Shown piece by piece: positions 8,698-18,120 of a stretch of 64,000 nucleotides of DNA. The translations under genes were made by a program, and so were the position numbers. The stretch is from an uncultured virus (IMG/VR IMGVR_UViG_3300027704_003386) (lineage: Duplodnaviria > Heunggongvirae > Uroviricota > Caudoviricetes): IMG/VR virus record IMGVR_UViG_3300027704_003386. The stretch is one strand, 5' to 3'. How positions within the stretch are numbered: position 1 is the first letter of the stretch; each line of letters starts with the position of its first letter. The notes below the pieces were generated by a model that saw nothing but the letters and a program-made list of their open reading frames with translations, did not search any database and was not told the DNA's origin.

Positions 8698-9648
8698 TTA
8701 TAGCCAATTAAATTTGTTCCCCATATGTCCCCATTCAGCTGTCTTACTGAATATAGGCTCTTTTAACCCTAAGAATTTAATAATACCTCTAGGACTTAAA
8801 TCATAATCACGTATTACTGAAGAGCTTCCGTCTACTATAGCTGTAGCTTCCAATGGTTGATCATGACCTATGGCATAAGCTAATCTTACTGTTACTTCTT
8901 TAGCTTTAAACTCTTTTAAGTAGTCTACTGCTATTCTTCTAGCCATATAGGCTGCTGATCTATCTACTTTAGTACAGTCTTTTCCGCTAAATGCTCCTCC
9001 TCCAAGAGGAACTCTAGGACCGTAATTATCTACTGCTAATTTTCTTCCAGTCAGTCCAGCATCAGCATCAAATCCTCCTAATGACCAATCCCCTGCAGGA
9101 TTCGCAAAAGCAGTTTTTAAGTTTAAGTTAAACTCTACTAGAAATTCATCAATAAGTTTAAGGAGTTCTTCTTTAGGTGCATTTTGAAATGAAGCTACAA
9201 CACTTACGTTCCCACTGCCGTCTAAAGTTACTTGAGTTTTTCCATCAAATGGATAAACCTTGTATATCTTCTTGGCTAATTTTCTAGCTAAGTAATACTC
9301 TTGTGGAACCATTTCGTCGTTGTCGTCACAAGCATAACCTATCATAATACCCTGATCTCCTGCTCCTCCTGTGTCAACTCCTTGAGATATTTCTGGTGAT
9401 TGACGAACAATGTTAGTTTGCACACCAATATCTTTACCGTAGACTCCTTTTACAACTGAAGGTATATCGACAAAGGCCGATGTCGTTAATTCTCCAGTTA
9501 CAGTTATAATTCCATGACCTCCCATAGTTTCAATTGCTGCTCTAGTATTAGGGTCTTGTTTAAGACATTCATCAAATATTGCATCTGAGATTCTATCGCA
9601 TATTTTATCGGGATGATTTGGTGTTACTATTTCTGCTGTTCTAACCAT
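8698..9648 (-). CDS. metK: S-adenosylmethionine synthetase (compact)
   Basis: HPDKICDRISD, GAGDQG, DAGLTGRK and GGGAFSGKD.TKVDRSAAY signatures. Confidence 0.95.
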   Translation of the reverse strand: MVRTAEIVTPNHPDKICDRISDAIFDECLKQDPNTRAAIETMGGHGIITVTGELTTSAFVDIPSVVKGVYGKDIGVQTNIVRQSPEISQGVDTGGAGDQGIMIGYACDDNDEMVPQEYYLARKLAKKIYKVYPFDGKTQVTLDGSGNVSVVASFQNAPKEELLKLIDEFLVEFNLNLKTAFANPAGDWSLGGFDADAGLTGRKLAVDNYGPRVPLGGGAFSGKDCTKVDRSAAYMARRIAVDYLKEFKAKEVTVRLAYAIGHDQPLEATAIVDGSSSVIRDYDLSPRGIIKFLGLKEPIFSKTAEWGHMGNKFNWL

Positions 9649-10190
9649 TTGTGTAAAACGTTTTTAAAATTATTATATCCGGCTGCTGCGTTAGCCAGCC
9701 AACGAGAGGATTCTCCATCATCGCTTATCCATTTATACAAAGATACGGAAACATTTTCAGACTGACAAACTTTTGCTATAGAATATCCTTCCATGTCTAC
9801 TATATCACATTCTCGTATCTTAGTCGTATAGTTATTACTGTAGACTCCTTCTATATCATAAAAGATATCGGTAGTAAATAACTTAGTAGGGGAATCAGAT
9901 ACTTTAATTGGCAGATGTTCCGGAACTACACAACCGTAGAAGTCATCGTGTATTACACCAACTTTAAGTACTTCTCCTACTTTATGGTTTTTTAGGTTTC
10001 CACAAGAGCCAAAATTTATAACATGGTGCGGTATTTCTCCAGCATGAGTTAACTTGTAGTTATCTATTAATTTTTTTATATTTAAAGCAGATTCAACTTT
10101 ACCTACTCCAATAATATGGATTGGAATACCAAAAAGTTCTGTATCATGGTGCTCTAATTTAGTAGCCGATACTAATAAGATATTAGACAT
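9627..10190 (-). CDS. MTA/SAH nucleosidase-like (PNP_UDP_1 family)
   Basis: GVGKV, INFGSCG, TTDIF, VDMEG and KWISD motifs. Confidence 0.8.
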   Translation of the reverse strand: MSNILLVSATKLEHHDTELFGIPIHIIGVGKVESALNIKKLIDNYKLTHAGEIPHHVINFGSCGNLKNHKVGEVLKVGVIHDDFYGCVVPEHLPIKVSDSPTKLFTTDIFYDIEGVYSNNYTTKIRECDIVDMEGYSIAKVCQSENVSVSLYKWISDDGESSRWLANAAAGYNNFKNVLHKWLEQQK

Positions 10191-10666
10191 TTAGTGTTGT
10201 GATTTTTCTCGATACCGATATCAACTAAACATAAAGTATCGAGAACTTCATATCCAGCCATTTTACATAACTCTATTGCTGCTTTCATAGTACCGCCCGT
10301 TGCGTATATATCGTCAACAATCACTACCTTCCCTTTTCCTTTCATCATTTGAATAGTATCTTCTCCGTATTCTAATTTATAGTTTAGAGTGACTAAGTTA
10401 ATAGGGGGTAATTTACCTTCTTTTCTTATAAGTTTTAATCCGTTTCCTGGAGATATCGATAGTGCAGATGCAAATATAAATCCTCTTGATTCAATTCCTA
10501 CCCAATAATCTACTTTTTCATACTCTACCAAACCTGCCATTCTTCTGACGGAGTCGTTAAATACATACTCTTTTTCTAATAAAGGTTGAATATCTCTATA
10601 GACTATTCCTTTGATAGGAAAGTCTTCAACATCTTTAATATAATCTTTTAAATTCATTACCACCAC
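10172..10666 (-). CDS. apt: adenine phosphoribosyltransferase
   Basis: DFPIKGIVYRDI, GIESRGF, RKEGKLP, YKLEYG and VDDIYATGGT. Confidence 0.92.
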   Translation of the reverse strand: MVVMNLKDYIKDVEDFPIKGIVYRDIQPLLEKEYVFNDSVRRMAGLVEYEKVDYWVGIESRGFIFASALSISPGNGLKLIRKEGKLPPINLVTLNYKLEYGEDTIQMMKGKGKVVIVDDIYATGGTMKAAIELCKMAGYEVLDTLCLVDIGIEKNHNTKCLISY

Positions 10667-11568
10667 GGATTAGTTTTATTATAACGTTCACATTGAATAT
10701 CTACTTCTTCTAAAGTAGCAGTTTTACCCGAGTCAATCATATTTTTCATTTCCAGATAAAGTCTATACTGCCAACCTACATTCATATGTATATCCCTTGA
10801 TTCCTCTACAGGCGAATTTGGATTAACTCTAAATACTTTACTGAATTCGGCCATGTCATTATACTCTACACATCCGAAATGAAAATCTTGCCAAAAGTAT
10901 GGAGTAATATTATTTTTTTCACATAGGTATAAGATCGCGAGCAGATTTGAACGATGTACATAATAACTATAGTCTTGGTCAAGCAATAATCTACGTAAAG
11001 CTTTTCCGGACTTGTCATCCCATGTAATATCATAAAAACCGTAATCAAGATGAGGGAACATCGTCTCCCAATGGTTATATATAGGTTTATTGTGCTCTTC
11101 TTCTTCTTCCCCTAAAGAAAAATCATACCTGTCGTGGTGAGGGTAGAATATAAAGCATTTATCTGCTTTTACTTTATCGATATATTGTTCCAACATTCTA
11201 AAACCGGTCTGTATGCCGGAGCCTGGAGCTGCCATATTGTAGAAACGTCCGCCTATTTGCTCGTTTAGTATATGACTCCAAGTATTTTCAAGGTAGTGTC
11301 CGGTGCCAAAAGTGTGACTGCAACCTAAAAAAATATTCCCATTATGCTCGGTAGAAAATTCATCGGCTCTAAAACCATATTTATTATACTTATACTCAAT
11401 TGGATTCTCAACATAATAATCGTAATCTTTTAACTTAGGCCAATTATTATCTTTAGCCTCTTTATAGTTAATTAAAAAATTTTTATTTGAATCACTTCCT
11501 TCCCAATATTGTGTACTATCTCGGAATCGATAGTTAAGGTGTTTATCTCCTTTTTTCGTCGTTAACAT
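10657..11568 (-). CDS. SGNH-hydrolase-like hypothetical protein
   Basis: NKYGFR..F, FLGCSHTFG, TWSH.L, NMAAPGSG and a C-terminal DxH. Confidence 0.55.
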   Translation of the reverse strand: MLTTKKGDKHLNYRFRDSTQYWEGSDSNKNFLINYKEAKDNNWPKLKDYDYYVENPIEYKYNKYGFRADEFSTEHNGNIFLGCSHTFGTGHYLENTWSHILNEQIGGRFYNMAAPGSGIQTGFRMLEQYIDKVKADKCFIFYPHHDRYDFSLGEEEEEHNKPIYNHWETMFPHLDYGFYDITWDDKSGKALRRLLLDQDYSYYVHRSNLLAILYLCEKNNITPYFWQDFHFGCVEYNDMAEFSKVFRVNPNSPVEESRDIHMNVGWQYRLYLEMKNMIDSGKTATLEEVDIQCERYNKTNPWW

Positions 11569-11638
11569 ACTTTGCTTTGTTATATATAAATATTAACTTT
11601 TGTTAAATTCGCGCGTGGCAGAAGGAACGACGCCCTCT

Positions 11639-12007
11639 CTACTTCCCACCTGATTCTTTCCAGAAAGACTGCACCCCTAGCACTATAAAGCAAAGAAGCA
11701 ACTGTACTGCTATCTTTAAGGTAAATTTTTCCTCGAAGAATAATTGAATCATAATAGCATAAACTATCATCCCAATTGCAAAGCCTATAAACCTAGCTCC
11801 CCATATTGATCCATAACCTTCTACGTTATATTTAGTAGCTAATATGAATACATAAGTTAATGGAACTGATAGAGCATACATACCCCACCATTTTTCGTCA
11901 AGTTCTGGGTATTTAAACTGTAGGTTGTGTTGAAACCATGCTCCTACTTGAGCAATTACGGTAATCGCGGCTCCTAAAATAATATAGTACCAATTTAAGT
12001 CTTTCAT
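11639..12007 (-). CDS. small 4-TM membrane protein (SMR/EamA-like size)
   Basis: Four hydrophobic helices in 122 aa. Confidence 0.55.
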   Translation of the reverse strand: MKDLNWYYIILGAAITVIAQVGAWFQHNLQFKYPELDEKWWGMYALSVPLTYVFILATKYNVEGYGSIWGARFIGFAIGMIVYAIMIQLFFEEKFTLKIAVQLLLCFIVLGVQSFWKESGGK

Positions 12008-12011
12008 AGTT

Positions 12012-12040
12012 AAAAAATAAAACCCGCCGAAGCGGGCTTT
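12012..12040 (-). terminator. rho-independent terminator after the groEL operon
   Basis: CCCGC-TTCG-GCGGG (UUCG tetraloop) followed by TTTTATTTTTT. Confidence 0.85.
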
Positions 12041-12054
12041 GATTTAATGGTACC

Positions 12055-12225
12055 TTACTTGCTTTCCTCAACTGAAGCCTTTCTGTAGTCTGTAATCAAT
12101 TTCTTGATTTCACCTGCAGCTTTTCTAGCTCTTTGTTGTGAAGCTTTAGTAGAACCCTCATTGTTCTCAGCTAAAGTGTTAAAATTAGCTTCGATTTGAT
12201 CAAATAATTCTTGTTTACTTGCCAT
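12055..12225 (-). CDS. histone H1-like (Hc1-family) small protein, not in the ORF track
   Basis: MASKQELFDQIEANFNTLAENNEGSTKASQQRARKAAGEIKKLITDYRKASVEESK; the KA..RARK....K....RK.S pattern is typical of Bacteroidota Hc1-like proteins. Confidence 0.75.
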   Translation of the reverse strand: MASKQELFDQIEANFNTLAENNEGSTKASQQRARKAAGEIKKLITDYRKASVEESK

Positions 12226-12245
12226 AGTTATTATATTTAATTTAA

Positions 12246-13904
12246 TTAACCTAGCAACATATTTGGATCTACTCCTCCTACATTACCCTTATTGTCGTCT
12301 TCTTTATTAATTGATACCACCGCTTCTGTAATTAGCATAGTGCTAGCTACTGATGCAGCATTTTCCAAGGCAAGACGTGTAACCTTTGTTGGATCAATAA
12401 TTCCTGTTATATCATCCATATTGTAGAAAGTATCAGTACGTGAGTTATACCCGTACCAGAAATCTCCGTTAGTAATTAACTCTTCTTCAATATCTCCGAT
12501 TTTATTTTCCGATAATCCTCCGTTAGTAAGTATCTTAGTAAAAGGTGACTCACATGCAGCAATTACTATTTCTACTCCTGCTTTTTCATGTAAGTTATAT
12601 TCACTATCATCATCTGTTAATATACCCACAAGTTGTTTAGAGGCTTTTAGCAAAGCTACTCCACCTCCTGGTAGTATACCTTCTTCTAAAGCTGCTTGAG
12701 TAGCATGTAGAGCATCATCCACTCTATCTTTTTTCTCTTTCATTTCAACTTCAGTATGCCCTCCAACGTATACAATAGCTATCCCTCCTATAAATTTAGC
12801 TAACCTACTTTGTAAGTTTTCTTTTTCATAAGGGGAAGTAGATTTATCGATTGCATTTTTAATTTCCTCCATTCGTTTCTGAATGTCTTCTTCGTTTCCT
12901 TTAGCATCGATAATAGTCGTATTATCCTTCCCTACTGTCACTTTATGTGCAGTACCTAACCATTTAGTATCGAATTTATCTAATCTTTGACCTTTTTCAG
13001 ATGATACTACTTGACCTCCTGTTAAGGTAGCGATATCCTGTAGAATAGCTTTCTTACGATCACCAAAGTCAGGTGCTTTAACTGCTACTACCGGTAAGAT
13101 ACCTCTCATTTTATTTACTACCATAGTAGACAATGCCTCTCCGTCAATATCGTCAGCTATTATAACTAATGACTTGTTCTGTTGAGAAACACCTTCTAAG
13201 ATAGGTAAAAGCTCTTTAATATTAGTTAAACGTTTATCCGTAATTAAGATTAAAGGTTCATCTAGTACTGCTGTCATAGTATTATTGTCGGTGACAAAAT
13301 ATGGAGATTTATAACCTCTATCAAATTGCATTCCTTCAACAGTCTCTAAATAAGTTTCACCTGTTCTTGATTCTTCAATAGTAACTACTCCATCTCTTCC
13401 GACTTTATCAATTGCGGTTGCAATCAAAGTACCTACTTCTTCATCATTATTAGATGAAATTGTAGCAACTTGTTTAATTAAAGCTTCATCTGTAATATCT
13501 TTAGAGTTTTCAATTAGGTAATCAGTAACTACATTTACAGCTTTACTGATTCCTTTTTTAATATCTACAGCATTTGCACCATCGTACATCCTACTCATTC
13601 CATCATTTAATATTGTCTGAGCTAATAAGGTAGATGTCGTAGTTCCATCTCCAGCTTGTTCTGCTGTTTTAATGGAAGCTTGTTTAACTATCTGTGCTCC
13701 AATATTCTCTTGTGGATCTGTTAATTCAATTGACTTTGCTACTGTAACTCCGTCTTTAGTAGATACTGGGTTACCTTGTGCTTGTTCGATAATTACATTA
13801 CGGCCAGATGGTCCTAATGTTGACGTTACTGCGTTTGCAAGTGCATCAACTCCTTGAGCTAATTTCTGTCTTGCATCATTTGAAAAAATAATTGATTTAC
13901 TCAT
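12246..13904 (-). CDS. groEL: chaperonin GroEL
   Basis: TLGPSGRNV, TKDGVTVAK, AGDGTTT, EGMQFDRGY and GILPGGG. Confidence 0.97.
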   Translation of the reverse strand: MSKSIIFSNDARQKLAQGVDALANAVTSTLGPSGRNVIIEQAQGNPVSTKDGVTVAKSIELTDPQENIGAQIVKQASIKTAEQAGDGTTTSTLLAQTILNDGMSRMYDGANAVDIKKGISKAVNVVTDYLIENSKDITDEALIKQVATISSNNDEEVGTLIATAIDKVGRDGVVTIEESRTGETYLETVEGMQFDRGYKSPYFVTDNNTMTAVLDEPLILITDKRLTNIKELLPILEGVSQQNKSLVIIADDIDGEALSTMVVNKMRGILPVVAVKAPDFGDRKKAILQDIATLTGGQVVSSEKGQRLDKFDTKWLGTAHKVTVGKDNTTIIDAKGNEEDIQKRMEEIKNAIDKSTSPYEKENLQSRLAKFIGGIAIVYVGGHTEVEMKEKKDRVDDALHATQAALEEGILPGGGVALLKASKQLVGILTDDDSEYNLHEKAGVEIVIAACESPFTKILTNGGLSENKIGDIEEELITNGDFWYGYNSRTDTFYNMDDITGIIDPTKVTRLALENAASVASTMLITEAVVSINKEDDNKGNVGGVDPNMLLG

Positions 13905-14214
13905 CTTTGCTTTCTTTTATAACTGCTAAAATCTCTCTATCTTGTGCTATGTAGTACTCTTCTCCTTCAAAGTCTATTCGTAAAGTACCTAGTTTTGGGA
14001 CTAATACAATATCTCCTGGTTTACAAGAACGTACTAAAATAAGTTTAGAAGGATCTAATTCTGATTGTCGGCCTGAACCGATAGCTAAAACTTCTCCCAT
14101 TTCTGGTTTTTCTTTTCCCATATCGGGAATAACTATAGACCCGTAAGTCTGTTCCCCTTCATCAATCGGCTTTATTAGTATCCGATCATTTGTAGGCTGT
14201 AACTGTTTTGACAT
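13897..14214 (-). CDS. groES: co-chaperonin GroES
   Basis: LQPTNDRILI, IVIPD.GKEKP.GEVLAIG and EILAV. Confidence 0.93.
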   Translation of the reverse strand: MSKQLQPTNDRILIKPIDEGEQTYGSIVIPDMGKEKPEMGEVLAIGSGRQSELDPSKLILVRSCKPGDIVLVPKLGTLRIDFEGEEYYIAQDREILAVIKESKDE

Positions 14215-14283
14215 ATGTAACGTTTTTATTTATTATTAATATACGATTATTATATATAAGAGCAAACCCTAGAGCGGGTTAAT

Positions 14284-14721
14284 TTAGCTAATTTTTAAAG
14301 TTTTTGATTCTTTTCCTTTAGCATAAGGTATTGAAACTTGCAATAAGCCGTTTTTAAACTCAGCTTTTGCTTTTTGTAGGTCAAATCTGCTATCAATCTT
14401 CCAACCTAAATTAAAAGATCTTTTAGCGATTCCTCTATAAATGTATTCCGTCTGTGAACAATCACAGTCTGGTTCACATTGGCAATCGTCTTTTGTTTTG
14501 TTATAATTGATTTTAATAATATTACCCTCAATTAAGATTTCGATTTCTTCTTTTGGAATACCGGTACAGGCTATATCTAAGCCAAGGCCGTCTTCTACTT
14601 CGTAAATATCTACTGGGTGGGGTAATTTTGACTCTTCTAACGTTTGATAGTTTTGAGTCTTTTGCAAAAAATTGCGGACTAAAATGTCGAACGGATTACG
14701 TTCTTGAAAAATATTACTCAT
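14284..14721 (-). CDS. small heat-shock protein Hsp20
   Basis: PVDIYE, YRGIAKRSF and AEFKNGLL alpha-crystallin motifs. Confidence 0.92.
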   Translation of the reverse strand: MSNIFQERNPFDILVRNFLQKTQNYQTLEESKLPHPVDIYEVEDGLGLDIACTGIPKEEIEILIEGNIIKINYNKTKDDCQCEPDCDCSQTEYIYRGIAKRSFNLGWKIDSRFDLQKAKAEFKNGLLQVSIPYAKGKESKTLKIS

Positions 14722-14812
14722 ATTGATGTAGTTTTGTGGAGTCCTAAGATCTCCGGTTAAAATAAAATAAAAATTGCTCTAGGGTCTATTCTTATTTAAT
14801 ATAAATAGCAGT

Positions 14813-15028
14813 TTATTTGCATTTAGTAATAAATTCTAAGTAAGGAACATCTACGTTTTGTACGTTAACGCTCATTAGCTTAGGTTTCCATGCAAGAGGA
14901 TCGCTTTTATTGTCTAAAATGTTTTCTATAATTTGGAGACTACGTTCCGAAAAATCTTCTACGTACCCTACTCTCTTTGATCTCCAATCTCCTTTTTTTT
15001 GTTTTTTCATAATTCTATTAATGTCCAT
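14813..15028 (-). CDS. hypothetical protein
   Basis: Short ORF overlapping the polA stop. Confidence 0.45.
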   Translation of the reverse strand: MDINRIMKKQKKGDWRSKRVGYVEDFSERSLQIIENILDNKSDPLAWKPKLMSVNVQNVDVPYLEFITKCK

Positions 15029-17420
15029 CTCTCCAATTATTAGAAATCTCTGGAGGTGCTTTTAAAGTTACTCCTGGTAGATGTGTAGTATTCTCCATAA
15101 TCTCCTGTACTACTGGGGCAAACATCTCTACATCTTTAGCATCACAGTTAATAATAAGTTGATCATGAACTTGTGCCTGTACTTTAGCATCTATTCCTAA
15201 TTCTTTAGCCTTTAAGTTAACTTTTAATGCTGCTCTATTTACTACTGCTGCAGCAAGGGATTGTAATTGAAAGTTTAAACAGTTATTAAGTCCGTTACGG
15301 TAGTCTCTATAAGCTTGAGTTACTTGGTCTCTAGGAGAAGTAATCTTACCAGTTTTCATATCAGTTTTAACAGGTATCTGCATCTCTAAATCTTTTCTAA
15401 ATCTCCAATCCATTAATCTATCACCTAATTTCTCATGAAGCCTCTTTACTTTAGGTAAATGACGTATCCTTCCTAAAAAGTTTTGAATACTACCGTGCTC
15501 TTTAACTTGTATTCTAGAGTTTTCTCTCCATTTAGCTAATCCTGGAAATCCGTCTAAGTATCCTTTAATTAGTCCTTCTGCAGTCTTTTGATCAACTCCT
15601 AAAGTCATCTTTAATGCATATGCTTCCATACCGTAAGCTACTCCTAGTGAATAAGCTTTTGCTTTATTACGAGCTAGTACATCTAACTTTTTTAAGTAGT
15701 TATCAGCTTTTTTATCAGCAGATACACCATTAGGAAATCTATCTGTCTGCTCATTCATCTTTTCAGTTTGAATAGCAACGTAAGAGTAGAAATCCCAACC
15801 ATTAGCAAATATCTCTTGAAGTTTTTCATCTCCTGAAACTGATGCAAAGCAATGAGGTTCTAAAGATTCATAATCTGCATCAATAACCTTCCTACCTTCT
15901 CCAGCTATTAAGAAAGCTCTTACAATATTTACATACTTCATAATAATAGGAGCATCTTCACCTTCTTCTAAAGGTTTAGGTAACTGTTGAGCATCTGATC
16001 CGTATCGACCAGATACAGTCCCGTTTTGCTTAAAGTAGAAATAGTATTTACCGTCTTCCTGACGGTCTCTAAACCTGTCTACGTAAGTAGATTTGATCTT
16101 AAGTAACTTATTATATATACGTAAGTTCTCAGCCCAGGTATAGTCTTTAGCTAGGGTCTCTACCATACTCATATCAAACTTATCCCTACCGGATTTAGTA
16201 TTAGCTCCTGCAGTAATAGGTTTTACTCCCATGTACTTAAAGACTATTTCACCTAAGTGCTTTTTAGATTGAATATTAATATACTCTCCATTATTTGATT
16301 CTTTCCATAGAGCCATTGAAATACGGTAACGTTCTACCTCTTCTATTAATTCTTCATTACCGGTCAATAGAAACTCTTTTACTACTCTTTCTTTATCCGT
16401 AGAAGGTTCAAAAGCTTCTATATTTTTTTGAGTCAGAGAGTATTTACCAGTTTTATCTGATTTAGGTAAAGGTATAGAGTATCTTTGAATAAGGCTCTGA
16501 GCCCAATTACCTTTATGGGATACAGGGTATGCATTGAGAGCTGTTCCCATCACCCATGTTTGAGCTTCGTCAGTATCTAATAAAGATTTCATTACTATCT
16601 CTTTATTAATTTTTAAATCTTCAGATATAGTTTTATGAGTTTCTTCAATTAAGTCCATATCTAATTCAACACCGTGTGCTTCCATAGGAACAGTTACTTC
16701 CCTATAAACAGGCATTACTTCATCTTCGAAGAAGAACTTTTCCAAGCCCTCATCTCTAAGCTTATCCAAATATAAATTACAAATACGAAGGGTAAGGTCA
16801 GTATCAGCAGCAGCATATTTTGAAAGTATATCCAAATCAGCTTTATATATTTGAAAGCTTTCTTTTGTAACGGATCCTCCATTTTTCTTTATGCTTTCTT
16901 TTAGTTCTACTTGTTCTTCATTAGCAGCTTTTTCAACATCAAGCCCTAATGCCTCTTGGTTCATAATAGCAATAGATTTTAGACCAAAAGGATTACCAAA
17001 ACCAAATGCACCTTCTTCATAAACTGTATGAACAAGTAATCCTGTATCAACCCATACGTCTGGTAATAAATCTATACCGTAGTAATTACTGATAAACTGG
17101 ACATCAAAAGAAGCATTATGAAATACTAACTTCTTTCCTTTAAGTAACTTTAATAAGTTTTTAGAAATAACCTCAGTAGAGGTACCTTTAATTTCTTGGA
17201 GCATAAGCTCTTCTCTATGGTAATCCCATACTAGAGTAGGTAGGTAAAAACCTACTCCTTCATCTCCTGATACTGACCATCCTATAATTTTATCCTTACG
17301 AGGATTAAGACCAGTAGTCTCTGTATCTACTGCAATTGTATCTGAGTCAAGGATATGTTGGTGAAGTAATTCTAACGTTTCACTATCTTGAACTGTGTAA
17401 TACTTTTTCTCTAACTTCAT
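15018..17420 (-). CDS. polA: family A DNA polymerase with 3'-5' exonuclease
   Basis: Exo motifs DTETTG, HNASFD and YAAAD; Pol motifs DYESLE, R.KAKAYSLG..YG and QVHDQL. Confidence 0.93.
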   Translation of the reverse strand: MKLEKKYYTVQDSETLELLHQHILDSDTIAVDTETTGLNPRKDKIIGWSVSGDEGVGFYLPTLVWDYHREELMLQEIKGTSTEVISKNLLKLLKGKKLVFHNASFDVQFISNYYGIDLLPDVWVDTGLLVHTVYEEGAFGFGNPFGLKSIAIMNQEALGLDVEKAANEEQVELKESIKKNGGSVTKESFQIYKADLDILSKYAAADTDLTLRICNLYLDKLRDEGLEKFFFEDEVMPVYREVTVPMEAHGVELDMDLIEETHKTISEDLKINKEIVMKSLLDTDEAQTWVMGTALNAYPVSHKGNWAQSLIQRYSIPLPKSDKTGKYSLTQKNIEAFEPSTDKERVVKEFLLTGNEELIEEVERYRISMALWKESNNGEYINIQSKKHLGEIVFKYMGVKPITAGANTKSGRDKFDMSMVETLAKDYTWAENLRIYNKLLKIKSTYVDRFRDRQEDGKYYFYFKQNGTVSGRYGSDAQQLPKPLEEGEDAPIIMKYVNIVRAFLIAGEGRKVIDADYESLEPHCFASVSGDEKLQEIFANGWDFYSYVAIQTEKMNEQTDRFPNGVSADKKADNYLKKLDVLARNKAKAYSLGVAYGMEAYALKMTLGVDQKTAEGLIKGYLDGFPGLAKWRENSRIQVKEHGSIQNFLGRIRHLPKVKRLHEKLGDRLMDWRFRKDLEMQIPVKTDMKTGKITSPRDQVTQAYRDYRNGLNNCLNFQLQSLAAAVVNRAALKVNLKAKELGIDAKVQAQVHDQLIINCDAKDVEMFAPVVQEIMENTTHLPGVTLKAPPEISNNWRDGH

Positions 17421-17442
17421 ATATAACCTTTATTTAATTTAG

Positions 17443-17515
17443 TTGCGCTGGAAGGATTCGAACCTTCGACCTCTAGGTTATGAGCCTAGCGAGCTGGCCA
17501 CTGCTCTACAGCGCT
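17443..17515 (-). tRNA. tRNA-Met (CAU), initiator-like; CCA not encoded
   Basis: AGCGCTG TA GAGCAGTGGCCAGCTC G CTAGG-CTCATAA-CCTAG AGGTC GAAGG-TTCGAAT-CCTTC CAGCGCA A; 1:72 mismatch and A11-U24 as in initiators. Confidence 0.9.
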
Positions 17516-17544
17516 ATATTATATCTAAATATAAGAATAATTTT

Positions 17545-18120
17545 TCAATTCTCCAACATTTCTTCAGGTAAATCTTTCTTATCAATTTTCGTTTCACACA
17601 TAGTTTCTAATTGAGATATTACATGTCTCTTAGCTAATATATCTCCAGTATAAAAGGTATATATCATACTAAGTTTTTGAACTTCTATTTGTTTAGATAG
17701 ACTTTTAATACTTCCCTCTAGTAGCTCTTCATCTTCCTCTTCAATATCAAACTTAACATCATTCAATCCAGCTAACTCTAATAATTCTAACATATCGTTA
17801 GATTCATATGCTTTTTTTGCAGATAAGAAATCTTCCTCTTTACCTCCTTTGTCAGGGTGTAATCTTTTTGATAGTTCTCTGAATAACTTTTTAACCTTAT
17901 TATGTTTTTTAGATTTAGGGGTATTTTCAATCTCTTCTGGGTCTTTCAGTTCTCCAGTTTCAGTATTTATTAACATCTCTTTATCTTTGACAAAGTACTT
18001 TCCAAAACGTTTATTCCAATCTTCTAAATGACTTTCACATATATCGTTAATATCTTCAAGTTCCAATTTTAAATACTGGTGCTTTAATGAATACTTCTTT
18101 ATATATCTAGATTTCGACAT
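17545..18120 (-). CDS. J-domain-containing protein
   Basis: KKLFRELSKRLHPDKGG..F...KAY. Confidence 0.8.
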   Translation of the reverse strand: MSKSRYIKKYSLKHQYLKLELEDINDICESHLEDWNKRFGKYFVKDKEMLINTETGELKDPEEIENTPKSKKHNKVKKLFRELSKRLHPDKGGKEEDFLSAKKAYESNDMLELLELAGLNDVKFDIEEEDEELLEGSIKSLSKQIEVQKLSMIYTFYTGDILAKRHVISQLETMCETKIDKKDLPEEMLEN

